A DNA stretch of 64,000 nt from Macrostomum lignano (lineage: Eukaryota). The position numbers were made by a program, and so were the translations under genes. The stretch lies in the NCBI GenBank assembly GCA_002269645.1, contig NIVC01001498.1, forward strand, positions 124,001-188,000, read 5' to 3'. The notes under the pieces were generated by a model that saw nothing but the letters and a program-made list of their open reading frames with translations, did not search any database and had not been told where the DNA came from. This document shows positions 32,301 through 43,064 of the stretch, in pieces; position 1 is the stretch's first letter; every line of letters starts with the position of its first letter.

Positions 32301-35300
32301 TAAAAGCCAAACAAAGCCCGCTCGTCCAGCCGGTAAGAAACTTCAAAGAGGACGAAAAGAATAAGGCAGAAGAAGCAAGAAAGCTACGAAGCTGAAAAAA
32401 AAGAAGTTGGGCTAGCCTGGGCGGCATCTTCAAAGGTAGGCGCTCAGCAGCCCCAGCTCCCCCAAGCGGGACCCTGAGTTACCGCCTCAACTCACTCACT
32501 AACTCAGACTGCGCCGTATCTCGTCACGGCACTTGATTTTTTTCATAAATACACAAGAAGCCCAATGCCAGCTAGACTGTTAGTTGAGCTACGCGCTGGT
32601 AGGCTGAGGTTGCCTGTTTGATGCAGTCAAGTCAACACACACACGGCTGCTGTGGAAGCTGGATAGAAAATATTGCCAAGTCTCGTTAGACAGAGGTTTA
32701 TATTGAGGCTGAGGTTGAGACTGAGAAGGCTAACTTGGCTTGGCTTGCATTAATAAATACCATAAGAGTGCAGTGCTCACATTCTGTGTACGTTTAGTAA
32801 GTAGTTCCAAGTGAGTTTCTTTAAAATGACCTGATTTGGGTTGTAGTGGGATGAGGCAATCGAAACTGGATTATGGAATTTGCAATCGGGATAATGGGAT
32901 TTGGAATCTGGATTATGGGATTTGGAATCTGGATTATGGGATTTGGAACCTGGATAATGGGATTTGAATCGGGATTATGGGATTTGCATCGGGATAATGG
33001 GATTTGGAATCTGGATTATGGGATTTGGAATCGGGATTATGGGATTTGGAATCTGGATTATGGGATTTGCATCGGGATAATGGGATTTGGAATCGGGATT
33101 ATGGGATTTGGAATTGGGATCATGGGATTTGGAATCGGGATTATGGGATTTAGAATTGGGACTATGTGATTTGGCATCGGGCTTATTGGATTTAGACTCG
33201 GGCTGTGGGATTTCAGGAAACAGTGAATTGCTTCAAAGAAATTACGGTAGGAAATTTAAGCCCCGCCCCCACATCAACAGGCCAGCCAATCCTGGGAAAT
33301 GCTTAAAAAATTGCTTGAAACAGTTGCAACTATACAGATATTAGTCAGCAAGGAGCGGAGAAACTCGTTAGTAATAAGCAAATAGCAAGTCGGCTCGGCA
33401 TGGATATCAAAGGCAGGCTTGAAGGCAAGCTCCATCACCAGCCTCCTATGCACACCTGGCCGGCTGTATTCCTGTCATCAGCCACCCGGCCTCCTCCAAC
33501 CCGCAGGCTAAATTAACTAACGGACTTCAATGCTCCGAACGGGATGGAGGGCAACGCCGCCACTCATTCTCCTCGACAATAAACTATACCATGGCAAAAA
33601 GATGGGACTAATGCAAATTAATCCGCTCTAGATAAAAAAGTTGGCTCTATCAATTTCCACCGCCTCCCGAATTTTTTTCACTCTCTCCCTTCTTCCCCCC
33701 AGCCGTTTGTTGGGCACTTGTAAATTATTATAATCTTATCGCTTCCCTGACTGAGATTGGATTCGAGCGCTCTTCGCTATCTGGAAATTGGCAGGAAGCG
33801 AGAGAAAAAAGAAAGCAACTAAATTGCCGCTGTGGGATACGGGAAAAGTTGCTTATCTGGAATGGAATTCCAATGCAGATTAATTTATTATTCGGCCTAG
33901 CGGTTGCCTGGTAGGGCAATGCTAATTTCTTTTCACTTTTTTTCGCTACGATCTACCCATCATAGCGGGGAGCGTCAGTGCTTGGCGAGATTTAGTTTTA
34001 ATATTTCCAATGCGATTTTTTCAATTGGCTGATTGAGAAGATGATATTTTTTCTGCTAGAATTTTTTTTTAGAATGAGAATAGGCCGCCAATTCGGTTTG
34101 AAGAAGAGCTTTAAAGGAGGATAGTGGCAAAGAGCGATGCTCTAAAAAGGAGGGATAGGGGGAAAAGAGGTGAGAACTGAGAAGGGAAAGGAGAGTGGAA
34201 GAGGGGAAAGAGGGGAAAGAGGGGAAAAGGGAAAAGAGGGGAAAGAGGGGAAAGGGGAAAAGGAGAAGAGGGAAAGAGGGGAAGAGGGGAGGAGGGGAAG
34301 AGGGGCAAAAGGGGAAGAGGGGAAGAGGGGAAAGGGGAAGAGGGAAAGAGGGAAAAGAGCGGAGAGCCGGAAAGAAGAGAAAGAATGGAAAAAATACAGG
34401 GAAGGAAGCGAAAAGGGGGAACAAGAAAACAGAGGGGAAGAAGGGGAAGAGGGAAAAGAGCAGCTCTTGCATCTCTGCCCACTCTAACACCGAGCCTCAA
34501 GAAGGTGCGCAATAAATCCCTGATCCCAAACTCTTTCCCAATTTCCCAAAGCAAAGAATTACAAAACGAGAACTCACAGAAGACTCTCAGCGTGGTCTCT
34601 TTAGGACAGCGAGTCAGTTTATTGGCGTCCTTCGGGCCTCGCAGGCACATAAACTGTTTGCCGTCGTCGTCTCGATCGACAGATCGAATGTGCAAATCGC
34701 CCCTGGATCCGTAGGGACTGTAGTGCAGCTTGGGGTGCGGGCTGAGGCGCTTGAAGCTGTACTGACCAGCCCTGGATCTGTACTCCCACTTGTAGATGTT
34801 GTTGGCGTCTTTGGCCTCGGATTCGAGATTCGCTTCGCATCGGATTGTTGCTAGGGAGCCTTCGCGAATGTCCGTGCGAGCCGGCGGGCACACCTGCCAG
34901 GTGATCGGGTCCGCATTCGCGCCGCGGTCCACTGCGAGGGCGAAGGGCGAAGGTTCGGTTATTTGGAGATGTACAGTTTTCACTCAGGCATTGCTGGGAA
35001 ATCTTATATGCGAGATTTTGGCGATTCTTATGGGGCGATACTGGGGCGATTCTCATGGTTCAGATTCGAGCGATTCTCAGAATGAGATTGGAGCGATTCT
35101 CATGGTTCAGATTCGAGCGATTCTCAGAATGAGATTGGAGCGATTATCATGGTTCAGATTCGAGCGACTCTCAGAATGAGATTGGAGCGATTCTCATGGT
35201 TCAGATTCGAGCGATTCTCAGAATGAGATTGGAGCAATTCTCAGAGTGAGATTACTGCGATTCTCAGAGTGAGATTGGAGCGATTCTCAGAGTGAGATTA

Positions 35301-35818
35301 CTGCGATTCTCAGAGTGAGATTGGAGCGATTCTCAGAGTGAGATTACTGCGATTCTCAGAGTGAGATTGGAGCGATTCTCATCTCATGGTTCAGATTCGA
35401 GCGATTCTCAGAGTGAGATTGGAGCGATTCTCAGAGGGAGATTAGAGCGATTCTCTGGGTGAGATTAAGAGCGATTCTCAGGGTAAGATTACAGCGATTC
35501 TCAGAGTGAGATTAGAGCGATTCTCAGGGTGAGATTCGGTCGATTTTCAAGGTGAGGCAGGCTAAAGGCGCTTTGCGCTAATGGCGTGATTTGTATTTCA
35601 CATTTCAGTGATTTATTTAGGGGCAATGTTCGACAAAAAGACGGTGAATGAACACTAGCGTTTATAACGTGTAGCAATATTTTATGATTATGATTATGAT
35701 TATAATTATTATTATGATTATTGAGAAACCAAAACAGCCTGTCACACGTGGCTGACAGGAAGACGAACACTAGCGGAAGTGTCTGCAACAACCGATTCTC
35801 GTGAAGGTTGGGGCCCAT
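19701..35818 (-). CDS. PTK7: PTK7/off-track-like receptor tyrosine pseudokinase, 11-exon model, ~1351 aa (exons 35818-35746 putative, 34931-34578, 31248-31107, 29668-29478, 27680-27512, 26975-26800, 26290-26049, 25113-24559, 24060-22740, 21518-21298, 20312-19701)
   Basis: Tandem Ig domains, one TM, and a tyrosine-kinase-fold domain with [23 protein letters not shown] in place of DFG, and [15 protein letters not shown]. All intron phases are consistent; exon lengths sum to 4056 nt. Exon 1 is the least certain. Confidence 0.88.
20445..21180. repeat. 21-bp intronic minisatellite (AATCCTCATCCCGAAGATCCC)n
   Basis: Tandem periodicity within PTK7 intron 10. Confidence 0.95.
21298..21518 (-). CDS. 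PTK7: PTK7-like exon 10 (kinase N-lobe)
   Basis: CCAG|GT CGC GGC ([11 protein letters not shown]...VLIKEL...LLEYCEY), donor GTGAGT. Confidence 0.92.
21835..22712. repeat. 20-bp intronic minisatellite (ATCAACGATCTGCAATATCT)n
   Basis: Tandem periodicity within PTK7 intron 9. Confidence 0.95.
22740..24060 (-). CDS. PTK7: PTK7-like exon 9 (most of Ig6, Ig7, TM, long polyQ juxtamembrane region)
   Basis: ORF 22681..24060; [13 protein letters not shown]...GTLII...GEYQC; [25 protein letters not shown]; donor G|GTGAGT. Confidence 0.92.
24128..24527. repeat. 25-bp intronic minisatellite (GACTGGGATCAGTGAATGTGCTCAA)n
   Basis: Tandem periodicity in PTK7 intron 8 (GC-AG). Confidence 0.95.
24559..25113 (-). 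CDS. PTK7: PTK7-like exon 8 (end of Ig4, Ig5, start of Ig6)
   Basis: TAG|[21 protein letters not shown]...IACP...DWYK...GVYAC...[17 protein letters not shown], donor AAG|GCGAGT. Confidence 0.88.
25190..26030. repeat. Purine-rich ~21-bp intronic repeat (GGGGAAGACAGGAGGGGAAGA)n
   Basis: Tandem periodicity in PTK7 intron 7. Confidence 0.93.
26049..26290 (-). CDS. PTK7: PTK7-like exon 7
   Basis: TTTCAG|AG AAC; [12 protein letters not shown]...VRDYHLQ, donor CAG|GTAAAT. Confidence 0.85.
26332..26745. repeat. ~24-bp intronic minisatellite (CATCACAGCATCCCCTCAGTGCCC)n
   Basis: Tandem periodicity in PTK7 intron 6. Confidence 0.93.
26800..26975 (-). CDS. PTK7: PTK7-like exon 6
   Basis: GTCAG|C GAC CGA; [40 protein letters not shown]...YEVVQT, donor A|GTGAGT; phases fit both neighbours. 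Confidence 0.8.
27055..27480. repeat. 30-bp intronic minisatellite (CTCCATTTATCCTCATTCTATCCCCCACTC)n
   Basis: Tandem periodicity in PTK7 intron 5. Confidence 0.95.
27512..27680 (-). CDS. PTK7: PTK7-like exon 5
   Basis: CTGCAG|GC ATC; [21 protein letters not shown]...[11 protein letters not shown]...MDS, donor AG|GTAGGC. Confidence 0.8.
27781..29445. repeat. 36-bp intronic minisatellite (GGATTGGGATGATACTAGAATGGGATAAATTGGTGA)n, ~46 copies
   Basis: Tandem periodicity in PTK7 intron 4; produces the spurious 565-aa ORF. Confidence 0.97.
29478..29668 (-). CDS. PTK7: PTK7-like exon 4 (second half of Ig2)
   Basis: CCCGCAG|C CTG TGC; [21 protein letters not shown]...VFFD, donor G|GTGAGA. Confidence 0.82.
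29782..31070. repeat. 20-21-bp intronic minisatellite (ATCCCCATCCCAATTGATCC)n, followed by a ~40-bp variant
   Basis: Tandem periodicity in PTK7 intron 3. Confidence 0.95.
31107..31248 (-). CDS. PTK7: PTK7-like exon 3 (first half of Ig2)
   Basis: CCTCAG|GG CTG; [24 protein letters not shown], donor AT|GTGAGC. Confidence 0.88.
31960..32120. repeat. 15-bp minisatellite (GATTCGAATAGTGAG)n
   Basis: Tandem periodicity in PTK7 intron 2. Confidence 0.9.
32870..33170. repeat. 21-bp minisatellite (GGGATTTGGAATCGGGATTAT)n
   Basis: Tandem periodicity in PTK7 intron 2. Confidence 0.9.
34145..34460. repeat. Purine-rich (GGAA/GGGA) low-complexity tract
   Basis: Direct reading. Confidence 0.85.
34578..34931 (-). 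CDS. PTK7: PTK7-like exon 2 (Ig1)
   Basis: CTCGCAG|TG GAC; ATIRCEAN...YKWEY...[19 protein letters not shown]...TTLRVF, donor T|GTGAGT. Confidence 0.9.
35005..35545. repeat. 23-24-bp minisatellite (GAGATTGGAGCGATTCTCAGAGT)n, partly as 46-47-bp dimers
   Basis: Tandem periodicity in putative PTK7 intron 1. Confidence 0.92.
35746..35818 (-). CDS. PTK7: Putative PTK7-like exon 1 (signal peptide [24 protein letters not shown])
   Basis: ATG preceded by a long T-rich tract and AAG (acceptor/outron-like); hydrophobic stretch; the phase-1 donor T|GTGACA is weak. Confidence 0.45.
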
Positions 35819-36179
35819 TTCTTTGCAGCAACAAAGTGGCAGCAACAGCAACAAAAAAACAACAATAATCATATTGGCAGTAATAATCCTAAAGCAATAA
35901 TTTCTGCATAGGTGGTCGTATATTCCACCTGCACCCATTCGCACAGACAAGAAAATTCTTACGATTGATTAGCAAATCCGTGCCCTTTGATGACATTTTT
36001 GTTACATCAATACATTTATGCGTAATGATATGTTTAATGATACAACAAATAATGCAGAGACCGAGACGAGGATTTTAAGTTAAATGTCAACTTTTCAGAC
36101 GACGTGATAACGACACGCCATTCGAGACGTTGGTCGCTTTTAGCGATTTTCTTATCTTACTCCCCAACTCTTTTGGGAG

Positions 36180-36622
36180 CAATCTTACTCTCCCGCTCTC
36201 GTATCTTACTCTCCCGCTCTCGTATCTTACTCTCCCACTCTCTTATCTTACTCTCCCACTCTCTTATCTTACTCTCCCACTCTCTTATCTTACTCTCCCA
36301 CTCTCTTATCTTACTCTCCCACTCTCTTATCTTACTCTCCCACTCTCTTATCTTACTCTCCCACTCTCTTATCTTACTCTCCCACTCTCTTATCTTACTC
36401 TCCCACTGTCGTATCTTACTCTCCCACTCTCTTATCTTACTCTCCCACTCTCTTATCTTACTCTCCCGCTCTCTTATCTTACACTCCCACTGTCGTATCT
36501 TACTCTCCCACTCTCTTATCTTACACTCCCACTCTTATCTTACTCTCCCGCTCTCTTATCTTACTCTCCCGCTCTCTTCTCTTACACTCCCACTCTCTTA
36601 TCTTACTCTCCCACTCTCTTAT
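36180..36622. repeat. 21-bp minisatellite (CTTACTCTCCCACTCTCTTAT)n
   Basis: Tandem periodicity. Confidence 0.95.
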
Positions 36623-37399
36623 CCAGAAACCTACAAAGCCTGCAAAGAACGGGCCTGACAAATTCTAGAATGACTGAATGTGCAACCGCCTGCCCAACCG
36701 CTGACACGGCCACAACCCAGCAGCTCCTCTATCGTGCTAATGCGCAATAACTTCTAATCCTCGGCTAGGCGCGGTGACTGTCCTAATGCAAGACCGCACC
36801 AGACACAGGCACTAGGGATCGTACAGAACTAGGAATAGGAAACTGAAATGCGTGCATGACAAGTATTGGGCGCACGGGTGCACAGAAACTCACAGAGAGC
36901 GAGAGAGTTAGAGACGCAAGCGACAGTGCACAGCACTATAGGGAACGAAACGAAAAAGGAAGCATTAATATGCATACACATCAATCATAACTCTTACTGT
37001 TTCTCTAAGTTCTTGTAGTTGTAGTTTTGACCACTTTCTTCGGATATGAGAGGGAGAATGTAAAAAAATCAAGACGGAGACAAGGCATTTAGGGTGAGAC
37101 TTTGACTGCTCTTAGCACTATAATTTTTTTGCTGGGATTTCATTTCACAGATCCCTCTTTTCCAGAGTGTCCCGGAACTGTGCCTTGGGCAGAAATTCAC
37201 ACAACGCAAAGAAGCCTTTACCCCAATTTCAGGTCGGATTTCTGTTCCGCAGTCTTGCGTGAGCCTCCGCTGTTATGAATCTATGGATAGTATGGCCTTG
37301 GTGTGTCTTACTGAAGGTAGATTAGCATTCAGATGCTAACTAGCTTTGCCAATTCCTCTGTAGAGATTCTCCTGTTGTCTAAATTTCATCGCGATTCAT

Positions 37400-38610
37400 A
37401 GTAGGTAGATCCGCAATTTCAGGTAGGTAGATCCCGATTCCAGGTAGGTAGATCCCAATGTCAGGTAGATGGATCCCGATTCCAGGTCGGTAGATCCCAA
37501 TTTCAGGTAGGTAGATCCCAATTTCAGGTATGTAGATCCCAATGTCAGGTAGATGGATCCCGATTCCAGGTCGGTAGATCCCAATTTCAGGTATGTAGAT
37601 CCCAATTTCAGGCAGATGGATCCCAATTTCAGGTAGGTAGATCCCGATTCCAGGTAGGTAGATCCCGATTTCAGGTAGGTAGATCCCAATTTCAGGTATG
37701 TAGATCCCAATTTCAGGTAGATAGATCCCGATTCCAGGTAGGTAGATCCCAATTTCAGGTAGGTAGATCCCAATTTCAGGTAGGTAGATCCCAGTTTCAG
37801 ATACGTAGATCCGCAATTTCAGGTAGGTAGATCCCGATTCCAGGTAGGTAGATCCCAATTTCAGGCAGATGGATCCCAATTTCAGGTAGGTAGATCCCGA
37901 TTCCAGGTAGGTAGATCCCGATTTCAGGTAGGTAGATCCCAATTTCAGATACGTAGATCCGCAATTTCAGGTAGGTAGATCCCGATTCCAGGTATGTAAA
38001 TCCCAATTTCAGGTAGATAGATCCCGATTCCAGGTAGATAGATCCCAATTTCAGGTAGGTAGATCCCAATTTCAGGTAGGTAGATCCCAATTTCAGATAC
38101 GTAGATCCGCAATTTCAGGTAGGTAGATCCCGATTCCAGGTATGTAAATCCCAATTTCAGGTAGATAGATCCCGATTCCAGGTAGATAGATCCCAATTTC
38201 AGGTAGGTAGATCCCGATTTCAGGTAGGTAGATCCCAATTTCAGATACGTAGATCCGCAATTTCAGGTAGGTAGATCCCGATTCCAGGTATGTAAATCCC
38301 AATTTCAGGTAGATAGATCCCGATTCCAGGTAGATAGATCCCAATTTCAGGTAGGTAGATCCCAATTTCAGGTAGGTAGATCCCAATTCCAGGTAGGTAG
38401 ATCCCGATTCCAGGTATGTAAATCCCAATTTCAGGTAGATAGATCCCGATTCCAGGTAGATAGATCCCAATTTCAGGTAGATAGATCCCAATTTCAGGTA
38501 GGTAGATCCCAATTTCAGGTAGGTAGATCCCAATTCCAGGTAGGTAGATCCCAATTTCAGGTAGGTAGATCCCAATTTCAGGTAGGTAGATCCCAAGCTC
38601 ACGTAGATAA
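37400..38610. repeat. 21-bp minisatellite (GTAGATCCCAATTTCAGGTAG)n with a 148-bp higher-order period
   Basis: Near-identical ORFs start at 37797, 37945 and 38093. Confidence 0.95.
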
Positions 38611-39429
38611 ATCCCACATATTTAAATTGATCCAGATTCCTAGGTAGATAAACACCAATAATCTTAAAATGGTTCCTATCAGCAGGTACGAGCGTATGAG
38701 CAACTATTCTGCTCAGTAACGCAGCTTAATTATAAAATGTGCAAGAAATTCTCTTCAATTATAATAAACCAGTCCCAGTCAGTTCAACATACCATTTCTG
38801 CAGCAGCAATCTTATCCCATTCCCATCCCCTGCCAAGGATCAAAATTTTATTACTCCCATAATCTTCCTTCAAGGCCAAGTCAAGCCGCAAAAGAAGCCT
38901 CTAGAAAGCATCCAAACCCGATTATAAAAGGCATCAAAGTGCCAAATTCTTAAATAATATTGGCACTAAAATTAATTTCCCTGCCGCGGACCGATGCTAT
39001 GAGCTAGCGCTGAGAAAAAGATGGTTTTATGCCAGATATTTTCTAATCTAAGATTTATGCATTCAAGGCATTTCAATTCGCATAAAACTTTCTTGTAAGA
39101 TGAGTCTCCAAGTATAAAGTAGATCGCATTTTGTAGGCGAAAAAATTGTCGATCTAAAAATTTTATGCAAAGCAAAATTGGATGGAAGAGATCCCCGAGT
39201 CCAGTTCGCTCCTCCCCTAGAGGGAAAGCAAAATCGCAGTTTGACTTTGAACGTGATGAAGCTGCGGCGATCGGAGAGTCTGTGTTTGGCATTTTCTGCT
39301 CAAAGACGAAGTTTTTTATTGTCATAGGACTCTTGACCAATTTCAGACCGGGATAGAATTGGCGGACATTACTGATCCTAAGCTGGGCATCCTAATCTCG
39401 GATAATGCAGCTCAGATACTGCCCTAACG

Positions 39430-39950
39430 GAATTCCCTATCGTATGGAATCCCCTTCTGGGAACCTCCAAATCTGGGAATTCCTTATCGGATGAAATCCC
39501 CTTCTGGGAACCTCCAAATCTGGGAATTCCTTATCGGATGGATTCCCCTTCTGGGAATCTCCTAATTTGGGAATTCCCTATCGTATGGAATCCCCTTTCT
39601 GAGAACCTCCAAATCTGGGAATTCCCTATCGGATGGATTTCTCTTCTAGGAATCTCCAAATTTGGGAATTCCCTATCGTATGGAATTCCCTTCTGGGAAC
39701 CTCTAAATCTGGGAATTCCCTATTGTATGGAATCCCCTTTTGAGAATCTCCGAATTAGGGAATTCTAATCTTATGAGTTCCCTTTCTAGGAATTTCCAAC
39801 TCCAAACTCGGTAATTCCCTATCTTAAGGATTCCCGCTTCTGGGAATTTCCAAATTCGAGGATTCCCTATCGTATGCATTCCCAGTTTCGGAAAACTTGT
39901 AAACGAGAAATTCCATACCGATGGTATTTCCTTCTGGAAATCTCTTAAAT
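39430..39950. repeat. ~47-bp degenerate minisatellite (GGGAATTCCCTATCGTATGGAATCCCCTTCTGGGAACCTCCAAATCT)n
   Basis: CCCCTTCTGG at 39451 and 39498; decays towards 39950. Confidence 0.85.
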
Positions 39951-40393
39951 TGTAATTCTTGATTTTTAATACCTCAAAGCTGAAATCCCAGTGATGGAAA
40001 TCAAAGCTAACAGCGATAGCTAGCTGATATGAAGCAGAGAAACGGTTAAAGTATTGGCTAACCTTCTCAGCAGAAGCAGTGGGTTTTTGATGAACAAAAC
40101 AAAACGGGCATGAAAATTATATGAAGGGAAAAGTCAAGCCCGCAAAAATGAGCAACTCTCTATTCAGAGTGTCTGTGCTAGAACGTAAGCCGCGCGCCAC
40201 TACCCCCCCCCACACTGTCTGTCTCGGCTTGCTTAGCGGCGGCAATAGAAAGCAAAAACCAGCCCACCTAAACCCCCATAAGCAGAAAGAAACCCAAACA
40301 CACCAGAGCGCCGCCAAAGCAGTACTCGATCTATCACAATATACGCCTTTCTCTCTAACTCAGTTACTAACTTTTACAAGAGGTAGAAACTAC

Positions 40394-40430
<37 letters not shown>

Positions 40431-41099
40431 CAGGGAGGTGGCAAAGCAATGCCGTATTGCTTTAGTTAGCTTTTTTCTCTGTCTGCGTGTTGGTGTGTGT
40501 GTGTCTCTCTCTCGATTTCAGCAGCGGCAGTAGAGGCGGCATTCCTTTTTTCTGAAAAAGAGCCCCCATACTGCATATGCAATATACAGTATATGCATAT
40601 AAATAAGGCGTATTATACCGCCAAAGTTAAGGTCGGTCTTCAGTTAGCTGTGCGGCTAGTTTGTGTGTGTGTGTGTGTGTGCGCGCGTGTCTCCCTGTAT
40701 TGCGAAAAACCTGCAATGCCCCCCTCACAGCGGGTTCCGTAAGTTTTAGAGGGATAGAGAGAGAGAAATCACCCCCCCACCAAGAAGATTTACAACCCAA
40801 CCAAATCGGTATTAACGCTGGACCATGAAGCTCTAGTAGTAGCTTAGCAGCTTTAAGCGTATAGCTTCTCTCTTGGGGAGCATAAAATTCTGATGTAGAT
40901 AGATCTCTCTCTCTCTCTTCTCTCTCTTTGTAAGCCCGCTCTATTTCCAGGTCAATGCAGGTTTAGGTTTAAACGTTGAGCTATTCTCTTGTTTTATAAC
41001 TTAACTGTTTGTTTTCAGTTTTTTTAGAAGCATTTAGATAGAGTTATGTAGGAATGAAACTTGGGATTCAGTGATCAAGCGACAAATGATGGATAAGAA

Positions 41100-42270
41100 G
41101 TGAAAGAGTGACGGTTGCGAGATGGGGTTTGACAGTAGAATGAGAGAGTGACAGTAGAGTGACAGTGACAGTGATAGAAGTGCCAATAGTCACTGTTACA
41201 GTGATAAGTGACACTGACAGTAGGTGAGAGAATGACAATGATAAGAGTGACAGTAGGTGAAAGAGTGACAATGGTTAGAGTGACAGTAAAGTGAGAGTGA
41301 CAATGGTTAGAGTGACAGTAGAGTGAGAGAGTGACAATGGTTAGAGTGACAGTAAAGTGAGAGTGACAATGGTTAGAGTGACAGTAAAGTGAGAGTGACA
41401 ATGGTTAGAGTGACAGTAAAGTGAGAGTGACAATGATTACACTGACAGTAGGTGAGAGAGTGACAATGGTTAGAGTGACAGTAGAGTGAGAGAGTGACAA
41501 TGATAAGAGTGACAGTAGAGTGAGACAGTGATAAAGTGACGGTAGAGACAGTGACAGTGGTTAGACTCGTTAGAGTGATAGTAGAGTGAGAGAGTGACAA
41601 TGGTTAGAGTGACAGTAAAGTGAGAGTGACAATGGTTAGAGTGACAGTAAAGTGATAGTGACAATGGTTAGAGTGACAGTAAAGTGAGAGTGACAATGAT
41701 TACACTGACAGTAGGTGAGAGAGTGACAATGGTTAGAGTGACAGTAGAGTTAGAGAGTGACAATGATAAGAGTGACAGTAGAGTGAGACAGTGATAAAGT
41801 GACGGTAGAGACAGTGACAGTGGTTAGACTCGTTAGAGTGATAGTAGAGTGAGAGAGTGACAATGGTTAGAGTGACGGTAAAGTGAGAGTGACAATGGTT
41901 AGAGTGACAGTAAAGTGATAGTGACAATGGTTAGAGTGACAGTAAAGTGAGAGTGACAATGATTACACTGACAGTAGGTGAGAGAGTGACAATGGTTAGA
42001 GTGACAGTAGAGTGAGAGAGTGACAATGATAAGAGTGACAGTAGAGTGAGACAGTGATAAAGTGACAGTAGAGACAGTGACAGTGGTTAGACTCGTTAGA
42101 GTGATAGTAGAGTGAGAGAGTGACAATGGTTAGAGTGACAGTAGAGTGAGAGTGACAATGATTAGAGTGACAGTAAAGTGAGAGTGACAATGGTTAGAGT
42201 GACAGTAGGTGAGAGAGTGACGATGGTTAGAGTGACAGTAGAGTGAGAGAGTGACAATGATTAGTGACAG
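41100..42270. repeat. GAGTGACA-based ~32-bp minisatellite with a 263-bp higher-order repeat
   Basis: Near-identical ORFs at 41470, 41733 and 41996 (offset 263). Confidence 0.93.
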
Positions 42271-43064
42271 TAGAATGCACAGAGCATGAGTAGGTGCGTA
42301 TAGAGAGAAGTTGAGAATAAAGAGACACTCGTCCTAAATATATATAGTTTCTTAATTCGCCTGTAATTAAACTATTAAAAATATTTATCACCTCTAGAGA
42401 GGCAGGCGGCAATTATTTCCGGATAAAAGCCTCAACGTCGCAAAACTGTCTGCCTATAAAAAAAACACTGAAAACGGCCGGGATCAATTTTCACGGCTCA
42501 ACTAACTGGCTGGCTTTGGAGACAGCCCCCCCCCCCGGTGTCCAGTGTCTGGTGCTCGGGCCAGATGCCACACATTATAAATTACAGTATAAGGTTATGC
42601 ACGGATTCGGGCGTGTCCTCAATAGTGGAGCGAATAAAATTTATATATATATATATATATATATAATACCATACTGTGTAATATATTGCCACGCGCGCGC
42701 ACAAACAGTTGATGATGACGTTGCCGACAAAGGAAGGTTGAGTTATATGACCAGCTGCAGATAGACTTATAGAAGGTAGAAGAGAGGTGGTGGTAGAGAG
42801 CAGCCCCCCAGAAAGCATTTGTCCCGAATCAAGGACCTCTACCCTACTCCCCAGTCTCAGCCACGGATTCGATTCGAGGGCCAACGTAATAAAAAAAATT
42901 CGAGCCCGAAATCGAGTCAGAAGAGGTTCTTTTGGCTTTTTTTGCGCAAAATACGTTCTTAGGAAATGCTCGCTTTCTGGCTCTCTTAGCCTTGTAGCTC
43001 CGTAACGTAACTGCCAGCCATTTCCCCCTGTTTTGCTAACACAGTGAACCTGCACCTACTCTAC

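Noticed and set aside
37151-37316. Open plus-strand segment bounded by CAG and GTAGAT (IPLFQSVPELC...CLTE)
   Set aside because: No partner exons or recognisable homology; could arise by chance.
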